From the NCBI GenBank assembly GCA_036172245.1, contig JAYWIR010000006.1, forward strand, positions 2,666,001 to 2,730,000: DNA of 64,000 nt, in the 5' to 3' direction. Position 1 is the first letter of the stretch; every line of letters begins with the position of its first letter. Positions 38,872-52,800 of this stretch are shown here, piece after piece. A program made the position numbers and the translations under genes. The notes under the pieces were generated by a model. That model made no database searches, was not told the origin of the DNA, and saw only the letters and a program-made list of their open reading frames with translations. The stretch comes from Raillietiella orientalis. Its lineage: Eukaryota.

Positions 38872-41800
38872 CTGCAAAGGAAAAGAGAGGCGTTCGAGGG
38901 CTTCATACTGAGGCGCCACTGAACGTGATTTTTCGACATCTTCCACGTGCGTCTCTCTCACGTGGCAGACACACACCCAGACGCAATCGTGCAATTGCAA
39001 GGTCGGGGTCACAGGCAGATTGAGACCCACTGCTCACAACACGCCGCGATCGTGCGCATAAATGCACTGACGCATTTCCACACACACACGTGCACATGAC
39101 TGCATGCACGATTTCATTCGTGCACTCCACTCCGCATCGGAAAATGTTACAACTGGGAGGGACAGACGCAATTTTGGATCGTCAGCGTGGTAGCGTAGTG
39201 CGTGCGTCTATTCGCAAGTTGCGCACCGTGCAAGGAGTCGTTCGTGGGCGAAAATAGGCACGGTCGAAACCGGGATCGAGCAAAGTGGAGGGAGGACCCC
39301 AGTTCGCTGTTGAGAAGTCGCGCGTTAGGTGAGACGGGCGTGCTTCCCGAGTCGTCTCTGCGCTGTTGGGTTGACGTTTCCATGGCTGCAGCGTGAAAAC
39401 ATCCCCTGGTTACGCAGCCGACCGGAGAGACCACAGAGGGCGCGCCCCCTCTTCATGCGGTCCGTCCACAATGGTTTCAGCTGCCATTTTCTCTGCGAGC
39501 GCCTCGACCGCGGGATTTGGGATAAGGTCCAGTGGATTCGGTTCCTGCAGCGAGGCGAGGCGAAAGCTGGAAGCCATGCTTTGGGGACGTCTCCGTGCCT
39601 GACGAAGAAATGCACGAGGGAGCCGTAGCGCCAGTTGGAGCCATCTTGAAAGCGACCCATCGCTCAGGTTCTGCGAAGGGAAGCGAATCCCTCAGCCGAC
39701 CGGGCTCCAGAGATGTTTCGTTGACCGCCACCCTCCAGGACGCCGGCGCGCACGCTGCACTTCCTTCGTGGGGAACACACTCCATCATCGGTCCTTCCTA
39801 CGATCCATTTCTTCCCACTCGACTCGCGCCCTTGCTCCCTCAGCCACCGGACCTTCGGTGGGAAGAGCATCCCGTTTTGGATTTTCTTGGAGTTCTCCTT
39901 CGGATGGTGATTTGTTTCCAATTCCTCTTCCTTCCCCTCCCTCCCCTTCTCGTTCTGATTTTTAGAGGGAGGCTGCGTCCTCTCGGGGCGCCTAATCAGA
40001 CATCCAGTTCAGTTAATCCGGCATGACTCGATGTGGTGCTTTGGACAGTCCTGTCACGTCTTCCCGGTATCTGCCGCATCAGCAAACTCCTCAAAAAGCA
40101 GGAAAGCTGATCCGGGAAATTCTTCCCATGCAGATCCAGGCTCTCGTTTCAAAGACGCGCGCGCGCGCGGCGCGCGCAAAACAAAACAAAAAACAAAAAG
40201 GAATAAAAAGATGGAACAAAATAGAAAAAAAGGGGGGAGGGGGGAGCAAACGTTCTCAATCAATTCGGAATGGCTCCGTAAACTCCAAACAACAGGCTTC
40301 GAATGACAAAAGGGTGACGGCAGTGCAGGCGAGGAGACTTTTCGAGAGCGCTTTCGGGCGTTCGTTTCCCCTCCCCTCCCCTCTGCTAATGACTCGGTGC
40401 TGTGACACTTTCGTGAAAGAGGACGCAACCATCAGGTTTCTCCTCCACTTTCCCCCCCCTCCCCGTCCCCCTTTCGTTGCTGTTGCCTTTTTTCTTTTTC
40501 TCCCCCCCCCCCTTTCCCTTGATGATCTAAAAATTTCACGAACCTCCTCGTTTTCACACATTAACGGACACGTGGTTTGGGAATCCTGGAGGTTTCCTGA
40601 TCCTCCACACAGGCGGCGCACAGATTAAAAAAAAATAAAAAGAAGAAAAAAAGGAAAAACAAAGTAAGTCGAGGGAGGAGTCGTCACGACAACGGGGGCC
40701 ACTTCCTCAACGGTACTGCGGCGACTCCATGAGCCATCCCACGCTCCGTTTGGCAATTGGAAAAGGGGAGCTGTAAGGGAGCTCCAGGACTGGAGCCGGC
40801 TTGAACTCGCGCACAGGCTGCTCCGGGTGGACCACAACTCCGCGCAGAACTGCTGCAGGGAACCCAGAGGCAGGTCGGATCAAGGACCACTCTCCGAAGC
40901 ACAGTACTTGCGTGCTCCAGAGGATAAACCTCTAGGCAGTGCCCAGCTCTTCATACCCTCGATGCAGAGCTGCTTTTTCCGTAGAAGATCGGGTCGCCTC
41001 TCAGTCTCAGGCTCGGATGGAAGCCCTCAGGCATTTCAGACTCTCGGAATGAACTGTGGTTCCCGAGTCGTCTGTCTATACAACGGGAGCTTTTTAAATA
41101 CTCAGCTCAACTCCCTACTGCTCCACCCGCGCTAAAGGAAACGTTCGTCCCGTAGAGCACCGAAAATCACCGTGGTTGCGGGAGCGCGGAGTTCTCAGAT
41201 GCCGGGCCGTGCGGTGGTCCACACCACGTGCGGGAAGCACTTCTGCTGCCCGTTATCCGAATGTGGCTCTCTGTTTGCACCACCTGAGAGACGGCAAGGA
41301 GTCTCCTGGTGTAGGCACGAAGGGTGCCAGGTCTCCTCACAGGACTTAGCAGGTCTACCCCAAGTCAACCAGGAAAGGTCGAGGACGCGCAGGTCTACCC
41401 GTTCTCGACCCTTCCTGGTTGCGGTGTCCTTCGCCTTAAGATTTGACGATGCCTCTCTCTTTCAAAGGGGATACCTACCCCTGAGGCGAAACGAGACCTC
41501 CACCTGCAGCAGGAGCGACCTTCTGTTTGGATCTGTTCCCTGGTGCGCACTCGTGGTCCAACGGCGCCGTCCGACGGTGCGCGCCACCGCACGAGGGAGC
41601 TCGCACGCTCCGCGCGCCTGGTCTCCGTGCTAAGCGTGTCTCCATGGGGACCATGGCGGGAAGAACGGAGAGAAAACAGCACGGGGTTCGGGATGGAATG
41701 TCGATCTTGCAGGAAAAGATGGGGCGGACATGGAAATTCGCGCTCAGCGGAGGACCTATAGGGAGGTGCCGGCCACGGTTTGGCCACGGAAGAAGCCTCG

Positions 41801-41934
41801 AGCTCGCGCAAGCGCGCTGGCGAAGAGAAGCGTGTTGAATGACTCTGCTGCCAGAGCTCAGATGCGGAGCGATGGAGGCGGGGCCCTGGAGACAAGAGCG
41901 CTTCTAAGCAAAGCCGCTCTTTAGGAGTAGAGAT

Positions 41935-42170
41935 TCGAACTTGGGTTTTTATCACACGGGTCCGTCATCTCTAGGAGCTGACCACTCGTCGGTCAAATTC
42001 CTGGTCATCTAAAGATTCCGAGGCGTCGCGGCTCATCACACGCGGTATCAAGCATCGCAGGATCGAATCCCGCCCGCGAGAGTACGGACTCAAAGAATGG
42101 GAGGGGGCGTCATGGGTTTCGAGTTGCCCCGCAAGATGATGCTACGGCCACCCCGCGTTATGCAGGCGAC
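41935..42170 (+). mobile_element. SINE head only (variant with extended 5' segment)
   Basis: Contains the B-box-like ggatcgaatccc and catgggtttcgagttgccccgcaagatga. It is inverted-homologous to about 44100-44320. Confidence 0.6.
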
Positions 42171-42229
42171 TCTGGCTGAAGGAATAGACGAGATTTTCCT
42201 CCTTGGGTAGGCCAGCGGAAGAAACCCTT

Positions 42230-43450
42230 CCACTCACGACGCTGAGTTGTTTCTGGGAGACTGAAGGACAGCAAAAAAAAAAAACCTAGCAACCATTTTT
42301 GAATGACCGCACGATCTGAGAGATGAATGGAGGGATTCCCGGTTAATGGGACAAGGCTGCAGACGTCTTCGCGCGTACAGAGCGGTCGAGACGGATTTCG
42401 AGGATGTGCCGGATTCGTTTCGGAGGCAGCGCAGGGACGTTGCTGTCTTCAGCATTCCCGTTCTGGGAGTGACGTCTTCTGTTGCACCGCAGAGGCCACA
42501 TCCCAGGAATTCGTACGGTAGCCAGCCTGGCAAGCCAATCAAGCGTGTTGCGATGCTTCTTCAGAAGAGCGCGACTTGAGTTCCGCAGCCTCCTGGAGAT
42601 GGCGTCGCGTGCTGGCTCTCAGGCACTACAACAGGTGACCAATCACATCCGCGGATGCTTTGAGGATTGATGAATGGAGGATGGGGAGACTCAAATGATG
42701 AAACTGCTCATCCTCATTTCCTCTGCGGATGCTATGACACCTCTCGAAGCCGCATTTATTAAGAGCTGATTAGGAAGTATTACTTGGTGGAGTCGTATAC
42801 GTCAACGGGCAAATGGAACCGGTGCGAATGGGGGATAAAACAGAGGGATAGTTGCAGCGTAAGCGTGAGAAGATCGAAATCGACCTGAAACTCCGCGGGC
42901 TGTTCCAGAAACAAGAGGAGGAGGGGGATGACCTCTGAGCGAAGTCGCCGAGAGGATACAGGCCGGAGCTGCGCCTACGCGTACTCCATCGAGGAGCTCG
43001 AAAATTCGCAGCAGGATGGATCTCATTAGTGGTTAGCAGCGGCGGAATCCCTGTTTGGAAGATTCCTCCTTGTAACGTGTGCCTAGATGATTGGGGAGTC
43101 TGACGCGCTGGGACGGACAGAAGGGATTCGTTGAAGCCACCTGCGTAATAGTTCGAAACGAACGGCAGATGCGGGATGATTGGGAGCTGCCATCATAGGA
43201 AATTGGGAGAACCCCAATAAACAGTCCAAAGTCCCATGATCCATGGAGCTGTCTAGGAATTTCATCAGCCACTATTAGGTAGAAAGACCCCAACTTTTGC
43301 TGCTTGATCCGTTGTCCCCAAGAGGGTAGGAACAGCTTGCAGCTGTTCGTACCCTCTTTGGGAACAACGGCTGCCTGGAATTCCTGCAAAGAGAACTCAG
43401 GGACAATGCATCCAATCTTTGGATGACCGGAAATGTGATGGGAATTCTTT
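42230..43450 (-). mobile_element. Decayed non-LTR RT relic
   Basis: SFRTITQVAS (YRPI-like), ESSKQGFRR (QxGFR) and a frameshifted LYA-EDV (YADD-like) near 42370. Confidence 0.4.
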
Positions 43451-43564
43451 TGGGTTCTTTTCTGTTTTGTTGCTTTCCTTCCAGCTTCTTCTTTTCTTCT
43501 CATGTGGTCTTCTCGTTTTTAATTTGCTAGATGCTGAAGAATCATCCCTTTTCTTAGGGAGCAC

Positions 43565-44320
43565 TCATGAAGTTCTTAAACGTCGCCCACACAACCCGAG
43601 GGTGTGTGTTAACTCTTAATATTATAGAGTGCAACTCCGGGAGGGACCACCACTACCCTATAAATCCAGGAAGGCTCCGATGGGAGGAGTCCGTTCCTCC
43701 ATTACAATTGGCAGTGGATCCCCTAAAGAACCCGCGCCCTGGTTATCTCCGGAGAGGTACCCCGGAGGGAACCTCTTCCCTTATTCTCTCCGGAGGGACC
43801 CCCAGTTTGCGGAGGCCGCTCCTCATTTCTTTTCCGCGTGGGGACTGTTCCTCGCTACGTCCTCGGAAGAGAACCCCAGAGGGACGCTTTCCGAAGGGAG
43901 CAGCGCACTTCTTGACACTCTGGAGAAGTATCGATCCACCAGCTCCATGGTACTCGATGGAGGGTCTCCTCCGGAGGGGGGAGCGACTTTGTTTGCACGA
44001 TGGAGGGGAACCCCAAGGCTACGTGATTCCCGGAAGGACCCCGAAGGGCCAACTTCCAATCCCGGAGGCAGGTAAACGGGGGCTTCCGGCTGCCTCCTCC
44101 GGTGCTGCCGCACTCGAATAGGCCAACGGGAGTCATCTTGTGAGGGCAGATCGAAATTCAAGACGCACCCCCCGTTCCGCGGGTGGGATTCGAACCCGAG
44201 ACACTTGGCACCGCTCGCAATGAGCCACGCGGCCACGGAATCTTTAGATGACCAGGAATGTGGCCGATGAGTGATCAGCTCTTCGAGATGACGGACCCAT
44301 GCGATGAAGGGACAAGTTCT
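43565..44320 (-). mobile_element. tRNA-headed SINE-like element (variant with extended 5' segment)
   Basis: Has a full body plus a head with GGGATTCGAACCC at 44185-44197 (B box on the minus strand). Confidence 0.72.
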
Positions 44321-45070
44321 AACCGGGGCTCGGCCTTTGATAATTGCGGAAGGAGTGCCATCTGCTTGTCCTCCGCTTTGCGCCGCGGCAAGAGTCCGAA
44401 AGGATTTCTTCTCCGGGCCGCGAGGTTCCCAGGTCCGCCGGAGCGTGGGAGAGCGCGAAGTAGCCGATCCCTCTGCCCGCGAAGCCGATGAGTGCCTGAT
44501 GAAGCTCCCCGGCTTTCTGCGAACGCTCCAAAACGAGCGGACGTTGGACACCAGCTTCCAGCAAGGAAAATGCCATCGCGGATTGCAACACCTGCGCCAC
44601 CCAGCAATTCTTCCCGAAGTGTTCGGAAGGGGAAGAGAAGATCCTGAGAAACTCTTCAAACTGGATCAGGTGGATGTCTCTGGAAGTGTGTGAGCAATGT
44701 TTTTCATCACCTATGAGGAACTTCCGAGTTCCTACTGTGTTCAGCAGAGAAGAACGAAACCACGGCAGCGGAATTGGGTGTTGCCAAGAAGCCAAGTAAG
44801 TGCTCCCTACGAATTACAAACAGTGACGGATCAAGTTCAGACAGATATGCATATTCTTCGGCCGCCTTCGCTCAAGAGTCAGCTTCAATTACTGGGATTA
44901 AGAAGCCAGAATCCCTCATTCCCAATTTCGGGATGCGGGGGCCCGAAGATGACTTCTGCCATCGACGTTAACACGATGGCTAAGATTTTTCGTAATGGTT
45001 CCATCCTTTTAAGTTCCTTCAAGACAGTTTATACCTTCTCTCGTGTTCTATTCCTTACATCCTCGGGTCC
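44320..45070 (+). mobile_element. Decayed CR1-like RT C-terminal relic
   Basis: EGVPSA, TLDTSFQQGKCH (W.M.FN..KC-like) and HILRPP in the expected order. Confidence 0.3.
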
Positions 45071-46679
45071 TTGATCCAGGGGTTATTTCACTTTCCTAGC
45101 TGCGAAATAAAACATGGCGACCCCTGTGCGGGCTCCAATGGGCTTCCTGTTTTCCAGGCAGCACCGTAATATATGATGGTGCAAGTACTGCGTAAGCATT
45201 ATTTAGGATGATGTTGATCCCGATGCTAAGCATGCAGAGAAGTCTTGCGCCAAATTCGTAAGGGAGCACGAACTGCCGAGGACCCTCGCATAGCGCGGAA
45301 AATCAGCCTCGTTTGCGCCACGGGCGGATTTTAATCTTGCGGCTCAGCGCGGGTTCAGCTGTCTCCGAAAGCAGTAAGGACGCACGATCCAATTGAGTTG
45401 GAGTCTATCTCGACCTGATCCTCGTGGACAGAATAGCGCGGGAAGGTGCATTTTTCAGCGGCGACAGAGATGAAGCTAAAGAATCGTTCCAATCAATTAA
45501 GCATCAACAAAACTCCAGAGGTCTTTCCTTTCCATTGGAGATCAATGATAGACACTCTTTTTTGGCCTGCTACTGCTGCAGTATTCTAAAGCACGTTTGG
45601 TATTTTTCATTAATGTTTCCCATGTATAACCCATAGGGCTCGTATAACACGTAAAGCGTATTCCGCGTCGTAAGGGGGTCTACTGCATCCCGTGCACTGC
45701 GATGCGCTGTACGCGAAGGAACTTCCAAACCGTTTGGATATCGTGCTTGGAGATTCATGGAACCCTTCCCACCAAAATCACTTCTGGTTTGCGGCTCTGT
45801 CGACATCTACTGCGCTTCGGACCGACACTCCCACTTGTCCACGGAGAGAGAGTCTGTGAGGCAGTGCATCTTCCCAAACGAGGAGAAGCGCTCGGATAAG
45901 CCACTGTTCCCGGAAAGATCACGCGTTCTTCGGTCATGGTGCGGGGAGTGGATGAAGGCGGAGCGCCAGACTACCTTTCAGATCATTGGAACACGCGCGC
46001 GCGGTCCACTACTTGAGCTCGAAAAGTTAAGAACCGTTTCGGGTTTCCCGCTGCTGCTCCTCCACAGACCTGCCGAGGTAACGGGAGAGCCTGCTTGCTC
46101 CTCCGCCGCTCGTGGCGCCAGGAGGCGCCCCCGTTACAGAAGTTGGTGAAGGAGACCTTCGAGGGTACCGGCGTCTCGTTTCGCTTCTTGGATTTAGGTA
46201 ACAGTGGATCGCAGGCGTCGTCAGGTTGTCGGGAGCATGGACCAGGTCTCTAGGAGAATCCCCCCTCTAAAGAGCAGCTTCCGAAAGTTCGAGATGGCCG
46301 AGGAAGCAAGCGAACAAAAAAGGATCTCAGCTCCACCCGTCGGAAGCTGCTGACTGGTGCAACAAAGCAGAAAGGCGGCGCGTCGACCGGTCTGCCTCCC
46401 GAGTTCCCGCCGCCCCGCTGTCCAAATGCAGCGAGTGAAATTTAAGGATCGAAGGAGAGACGAAGGCGCGGCAAGGATGCTGGAAACGCCGCAGGAAGGT
46501 CTCCTCGAGTTGGCTTGCCGGGTATAGCGGGTTCCTCTCGAGAAGGCTGGAGACTTACGAATCGCGTCTTCCGCAACCCTGGATCATGCAGCTCCTCCTG
46601 GAAGACGGCGGCAACGTCGGGAGTAGAGCGTCTCGCTCAGGAGTCCCTCCAAGGATGGGGGAGGGGGAGAAGCGGCTCC

Positions 46680-46810
46680 ATTTGCACAGCCAGAGGGCAA
46701 TCCCGAAACTCCGTGATTCTCTGAGGACCCGGAGAGGTCAGCTTCCAATCCCGGAGGACAATGTAAAGGAGCATCCAGGGGTTTCAGGTTGCCTGCACCG
46801 GCACCGCACG
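46680..46810 (-). mobile_element. Partial SINE body fragment
   Basis: gattctctgaggacccggagaggtcagcttccaatcccggagg matches the body motif of the 44030-44070 and 57600-57645 copies. Confidence 0.5.
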
Positions 46811-47799
46811 CGAATAGGACAACCAGCGTTCATCTTGCGGGGGAACACTCGAAACATAGATCGAAGACGGGAGAGGATCCTCAATCATCTAATGCGGTTG
46901 TCGCGGAGTGTTTTCTGGAACCTTCTCCCGAGACCTGGTCTGCAGATGCCACCTCCTCCTCTCATGGGTCGCACCCTCGGCCAATGAGGAAGGCGGTCGA
47001 AATGACAGCGAATTCTCCTCATCCCTTTTCCCCCCTTAATAAACGCAAGAAATTCAGAAGAGAGCAAGACCGCCGGTGAGGATCTTGGGTACAGCGAGGG
47101 TTCTTGCCACCATCACGCCTTCCTTCTGACAGCATTCGAAGAAAGCACAGAGTTCTCAGCATGCGCAGTCTTCTCAGGTCTTTCGACTCGTGAGAGATGC
47201 GGCTGATAACGAAGTGCCCTGATTTCCGCTATGAGCGGCGGCGGAGGAAACGGGAGATGGAAGAGGGGGGGGGAGGATAACAACCATGGCCACGTGAAAC
47301 AGCTCTCGGCTCGAGCGCGAATCCCGGTGAAAGAACGGAAGCGCTCTGAGCCACGGATTGGCAGAGACAAGGATAGGCCGGAAGTGGCTCACTGCGGAAG
47401 ATGAAAGGCTCTCCCTTTCGGATTCCCCGGAAGTTTCGAGATGGAAATTCGCGTCATTTCGGAAGATCTGAAAGCCCTCGCAAAACTCTCGAGGCATTTT
47501 CGGGTAAGCTCTCTCAGATGCCATTTGGTCAGGTGCCGAGCTCGCTAGACAAATGCAGCAGCGGAAACAACCTTCGCGGTTCCGTGTTTGTCGGGCCACA
47601 TTCTGCATCCGCAAGGTCATCCCCGCTTCAGAGCACCCATCCTCATCGGAGGAAAAAAAAAAAAAACTGTCTACACGTATGCCAGAGGTTCCTGCTCGCA
47701 GGGATGCAGAAGACGAAGAATTTCTTCGCTCCCTTCTACTTCAGCAGAAGTGAGCATGCGACGGCTGCTGAGAGGCGTCAAAGACCTCGTTCTTGAAGA

Positions 47800-49540
47800 G
47801 CTTTTGACGTCTCTCAGCAGCCGTCGCATTCTCACTTCTGCTGAAGTAGAGGGGGGTAAAGAAATTCTTCCTCTTCAGGAAATAGTCCTCCCAAAACCTG
47901 CGCGAATCGTTTTCCGTATTCCCTTATACGGCAGAATAGGGACTTTTTGTTTGCTTCACTCTTGCATCGGTTTCGTTGTCGCTCGCGGTAGCCCACTATC
48001 CTCGTTACCAAGAATGGAGCGAACACCGTGCACTGGCCTCCTACTTCCTCTCTCTGACGCTACTGCAGCCGCCTTTTCAAGGCGTCCATCTTTAGAGCAG
48101 CAACCGCTTCCTTTGCTGCACGCGCAGATCAGGTCAGGTGCTCAGCAGCGCGATGCACCGCGTGTCTTCGGAGATGGAGTGGATCCGCCGCACTTGCCCC
48201 CAAAAAGGAAGCGCTGTGGCACTCGTGCACTCCTTCGAGGAAGAACAGGAGGAAGCGACGAAACTGAGAAGGAAGTTTTGGTCCACGGAATAAACACGGA
48301 AAGATTAAAAACTCTCCAGCGAAACGGAGATCCTTCTTCTAATCCGGCACATGCCAGCACGTCTCACCACGCTAGCGTCTCCTACGTCGTCAACCTGAAT
48401 CCTCTCAAAGAGTACTCGTAACGATCTTTATCTGCAGCCTTCCCAGAGCACAGCTCAAGAGAGATTATGAGATATCCTCGGTCCTGTGAAAGAGAGTCTT
48501 GTACCCCTGATTGTTTTGAATACCACGGAAGAAAGCGAGGATCTCTTCTGTCTTAATGAAATCTCAGAGCTTCATCATGAGACAGAAGCGAATCTGCTTC
48601 ACCAGAGTCGTAACTGCTGGAGGATCCTTCCAGGGATATGAAGAGAACATCAGGACAACTTGGCAACAAATCTGAGGTGCACTCTGCCGCACTCACGGCT
48701 GAGAGCTGTGCCGGAAGTGGAGCGGGCAGAGACTATCCGGGCTGTTTCTCGACTTTATCCGGGCCAGCGGCGCTCTTGGACCTGCTTCCTACATTCCAGC
48801 GGGAAATTCCAAGGTTGATGTCGTGGGATCTCGGAGAAAACGGCGGGAGGTCGGAAACCAACGCAACCACGTGCCTTCCCGTTTGTGCTGACCAGGAAGT
48901 TTGGATGAAGACGCCCGAGTAACTTCTGATGAAGGGTCCACATTCGATCCCTCGACCCAGTCACTCGCGAGGGCGCTCCTAGCTCAGCCTCCGCATCTGC
49001 GAGGATCACGGCGTTATCCTAACTTCTCTTTCCTTGTGAGGGTTGAAAAATGGAGTTCTCTTTTTTTGGCCAACCAACTGCAGGGTTACCAAGGCATGGT
49101 TTGCTCATTTTTCCCGAAAATTCGCCGCTCGTGCATGGCAGTTGATACGTTTGAGGGACGCCTGTCAATGATCTCTCTCCTCTTCATGTATCTCTTGCTT
49201 AGACATCACTTATTCCTTCCAGACTTGAGTTCCCTCGACCTTTTCTGCATTCTTTTTCTGCGTTCCTCGCAGAAAACCATCCGATGAAAGGGGAATGATT
49301 CTAACAGATTCCACGCCCGACGAGTGGTCCTGCCTATTTTCCGGAGGGTGGGTAAGCACACTTTTCGCCTCTTAATAAGGTTGAATCGCCCAGTGGATCC
49401 GAAATTCCCTTCTTGCAGGGTGGAACGCTGGAAACGCTGATCTACTTGCATTGTGGCGCATGTCTGTTTCCACACACGTCTGTCACCATTATATTCATCA
49501 TGATACCTGATGATGTAGGTTGAGAGACTTGGCACTGTCC
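47800..49540 (-). mobile_element. Decayed APE-type LINE ORF2 relic
   Basis: TGRFNLI..CLPT (GDFN..PT-like) near 49380, RSKSAAGPDKV (KxxGPD) at about 48751-48783, and VVFKT..GPRIS near 48500. Confidence 0.45.
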
Positions 49541-49639
49541 CGCTTCAAGTCTGGCTTCGCGCCGTGACATGATCGCTCGCGACCAGCATGGCGCCCTATA
49601 ATGCGATCGAAATAATACAGGGATAGAAAGCGACTGGGA

Positions 49640-49827
49640 AGCGGCGCGCCTCGAGTGCGCGGCTTGGCGGCGTGACGTCAGCGTTCTCGAGCGGCACGGC
49701 GCGCAACAATGCGATCTAAAAATACAGGGCGAGCAGCTGGGAGACAGCGGCGCGCCTCGAGTGCGCGGCTTGGCGGCGTGACGTCAGCGTTCTCGAGCGA
49801 CACGGCGCGCAACAATGCGATCTAAAA
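49640..49827. repeat. Tandem duplication: two 82 bp copies, period 106 bp, one mismatch
   Basis: 49640-49721 and 49746-49827 are identical except gagcGgcac versus gagcGacac. Each copy contains TGACGTCA (49673-49680 and 49779-49786). Confidence 0.9.
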
Positions 49828-52800
49828 GTACAAAGCAGAGCGCGTCTCGGGCGTAGCTTTGCGGCGAAATGCGGCGCGTCTTGAGGCGGGCCGGCTGGCA
49901 AGCGGTTCACCCCGCATTACGGCGAGCTGCAGGGAGCCCGCGAGGAGCAAGAGTGATCCCGACCGGTTTCCGGGCTACGAAATTCCTTTCTTCCTGAGGA
50001 TGGGATGCCCAGTGGCTTTCCTCGGGATGCGGGGGTGAGAGCCCTGCTGTTTCCGAAGAAGAATGTCCTAAATGTGCAGGGCAAGCGACTGAGAACCGGC
50101 GCGCGCCGGGTGTGGTTTTGCGGAGAAATGTGGTGGTCTTTTTTGAAGTAGCTCACAGTGCACCTGATCTGCAGGCTTCCTTAAAATCCAAGAATGCTGC
50201 ACCAATCGGTAGGCAGCACGGATTCTCTTCCTGTGCGCGCAAAGTTTCACTGCTTCAAAATCGGAAATTACGAGCGAGGTGCCTCTCGAGCGCATCGCCC
50301 GATCTGATTGCAGCGAAAAGAGACGTGGACAGAGTACGCCGACGGGATGGGGTTTCAAAAATTGCTCCCACTTGAGAGTGGTTATGGCTTCCTCGCCCTA
50401 GCATTCGAGAGGAATGGAATTTCTGAAATCTCCCAGAAATGCCAGCTCTGATTGTTTGCCATATTACTGCCACTCGTGCTCCAAAGCATCAGATGATCCA
50501 ACGTGTCTGTTCACCCTGCTTGTAGTTGAAAGCAGAGAGGTCGTTCGGAAACTTCTGGAACATATGAGCTCAGGTGTGAATTATTGCACTGCCTTCATGG
50601 CAACTCCTTTCAGCTTCGCTGTGTAGCTGCTATGTCAAGTGATTTGGGCTGTGAGGCAGGGATATGCTGCAAATCTTATGAAACCTGAGCTGTGTTCGTG
50701 ATGAGCTTCGGACCCCTTTCGTTGCAGCTTCGCTTCTGCGACTCCCTCAAGCGAACCATAGGCAACGGAACAAGCGCTCGCGTATATTAAATTTTCGCAG
50801 TCTCCTATAAAGGTTTTAAAATCGATTGTAGGGAAACGGCGGAATGAGGTTTTTCTCTCAGGCTAATGGCAACCGTATACGGAAGCTGTGGCTTGTAAGG
50901 AGAGAGGTACGCTATCCTCGAATTCTCCCAAAACATGAGCCACACGGTGCCTGCTTTCAGAAAGGATCACCGAAGTCGAGACACCAAAGTCAGATCACAA
51001 ACCGAGACCTAGGTCAACTGGAAACGAAGGGCTCAAGAACACAGGCACAAATCTGAGATCAGTAAGGTTGCTTCTAGGAACAGTGTCGAAGTGAATGCAT
51101 GCATGCAGTTAATTACGAGGCAGATGGCAAGTCTGCGGTTTCCTTTACTTCCTTTCTAGAGGAAACAGATTTCGACACGGGTAAAGAAAGGTTAGTTCCC
51201 GCGCGAACGGAAAGCTCATCTTGAAAGGAGAATTGAGCTGTTCTTGGGCATAGCGTACTCCCATTCGCTGCCATCGAAATCAACTTGGAAAAGGGCACCC
51301 AAAAGACATTTTTGACAGGTTAAAGATTTCTCTTCCTCCTCGCTTTCACTCGGGCCTCAAATCTTTAATTGAGTTTGTTGAGATGCCCTGAATGCACTTC
51401 GATTTTTTCTTTTTCTTTTTTTTTTTTCTAATGGCATCTTTCATCGATCTTCCGCTACGTGATGGAACCATCCGAATCTCGCAACTCCTCTCGCTAATGA
51501 GAACAGTACCGCTTTAAAATGAGAGAGATTTTCTTCGAGAGATTCGCTAGTGTACATCTTCCCTTTCGCTGTAAGAACTTCGCCGCAGTGTATGTAGTGT
51601 TGCCAGATTCAATGGAATACGTGTTTCCTGGTTATTTTTTGATCCCTTTTTTTCTTTCACCTCCTCCTCCTCCTTCTTTTTCTTTTTTTTCCAGAAATGG
51701 TATCTGATTTTAGAGAACAAGGGTCAACTTATTTCTTGTTGGGTTAGCATTTTAACTGAAAGGAGAACACGAGTGTTGCTGTTCTGTCGAGGGCACTTAC
51801 AAGAGAACACAGACACACTCGATTTTTTCTGCAGGATATGAGAAAGGTGGGTTTAGAAGGGTAAATTGTGAAATTTCTTGTGCACTCTGACCCTTCTCGT
51901 CAATTGGATGATGCATAGCGCTCTCGGTTTTGCCTCGCACGACCAACAGACAACGGAAGGTCGATCAAAGTAGCTTTTCTGAGAAGGGAGAAATCATAAT
52001 TTCTCCACCTCCATTTCTGGATTGCTTCAAACAATTCGGCAGGAGTTCTGAGAATGGATGGTCATGACAACGCGCAGTAGAGATGCTTATATTATAAGTG
52101 ATGACTATAATGAATTTCCTCTTATGTAGACACAGAAGCATTTTCACTTCGAATTTTCTTCTAGAAGAAAAGTCCGAGTGGACTTTAGTTCTCCCACAGA
52201 TGCACCATCAATCACTGCACTAACGCACATCACAATTCAGTCCAATATGCCAGCCTCGTTGAATCGAATCATCAATTTCGAGCCGATGTCTAACCAATGT
52301 GACTGATGAGCCGAAACCGACACCGGCGCAGCGCGTCTCCAAATAACAGCTAAATATCCCTTCCTTGACGAGGGTCAACATCGTCACCACAGACCAAAAC
52401 ACCGGTGGTGCGAGGTCCCTTCCAGGTCAAAAGAAGCAAAGAGGAGGAACAACCAGAAATTCCGACTTTCTTCACGTTCCTCGTTTGCAAGAGGTGGTGG
52501 TTTCCTGCCTCCGTTGGTTGCAGCGTTGCAGCGGGGGCGTGCACTACCCAAATACTTTGAATGTCCGGAAGAGCTCTCCAACTTTTGCTTAATGAAGAAC
52601 AATTTCTTAAGAAAAACAGGAACTTTTAGTGTAAGACATGTATCTATGTGTGTGTGTTCCTTCCTCTAGACCAAGAGCTTCTAGGGGTTGCTCGGAATGA
52701 CAACCTTTTAAAAGACTCAGTCTACAGGAAGAGGTGACCACGGTGCACTACTACACTCTGACCCTTCTTTGCAAATTAGAACCGATCTGCCGTTACGTAC

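Noticed and set aside
51960..52550. Possible third RLE-element remnant (TRCAG..VRHRLEIDDSIQRGWHI)
   Set aside because: The endonuclease catalytic motifs could not be found, so the evidence is too weak.
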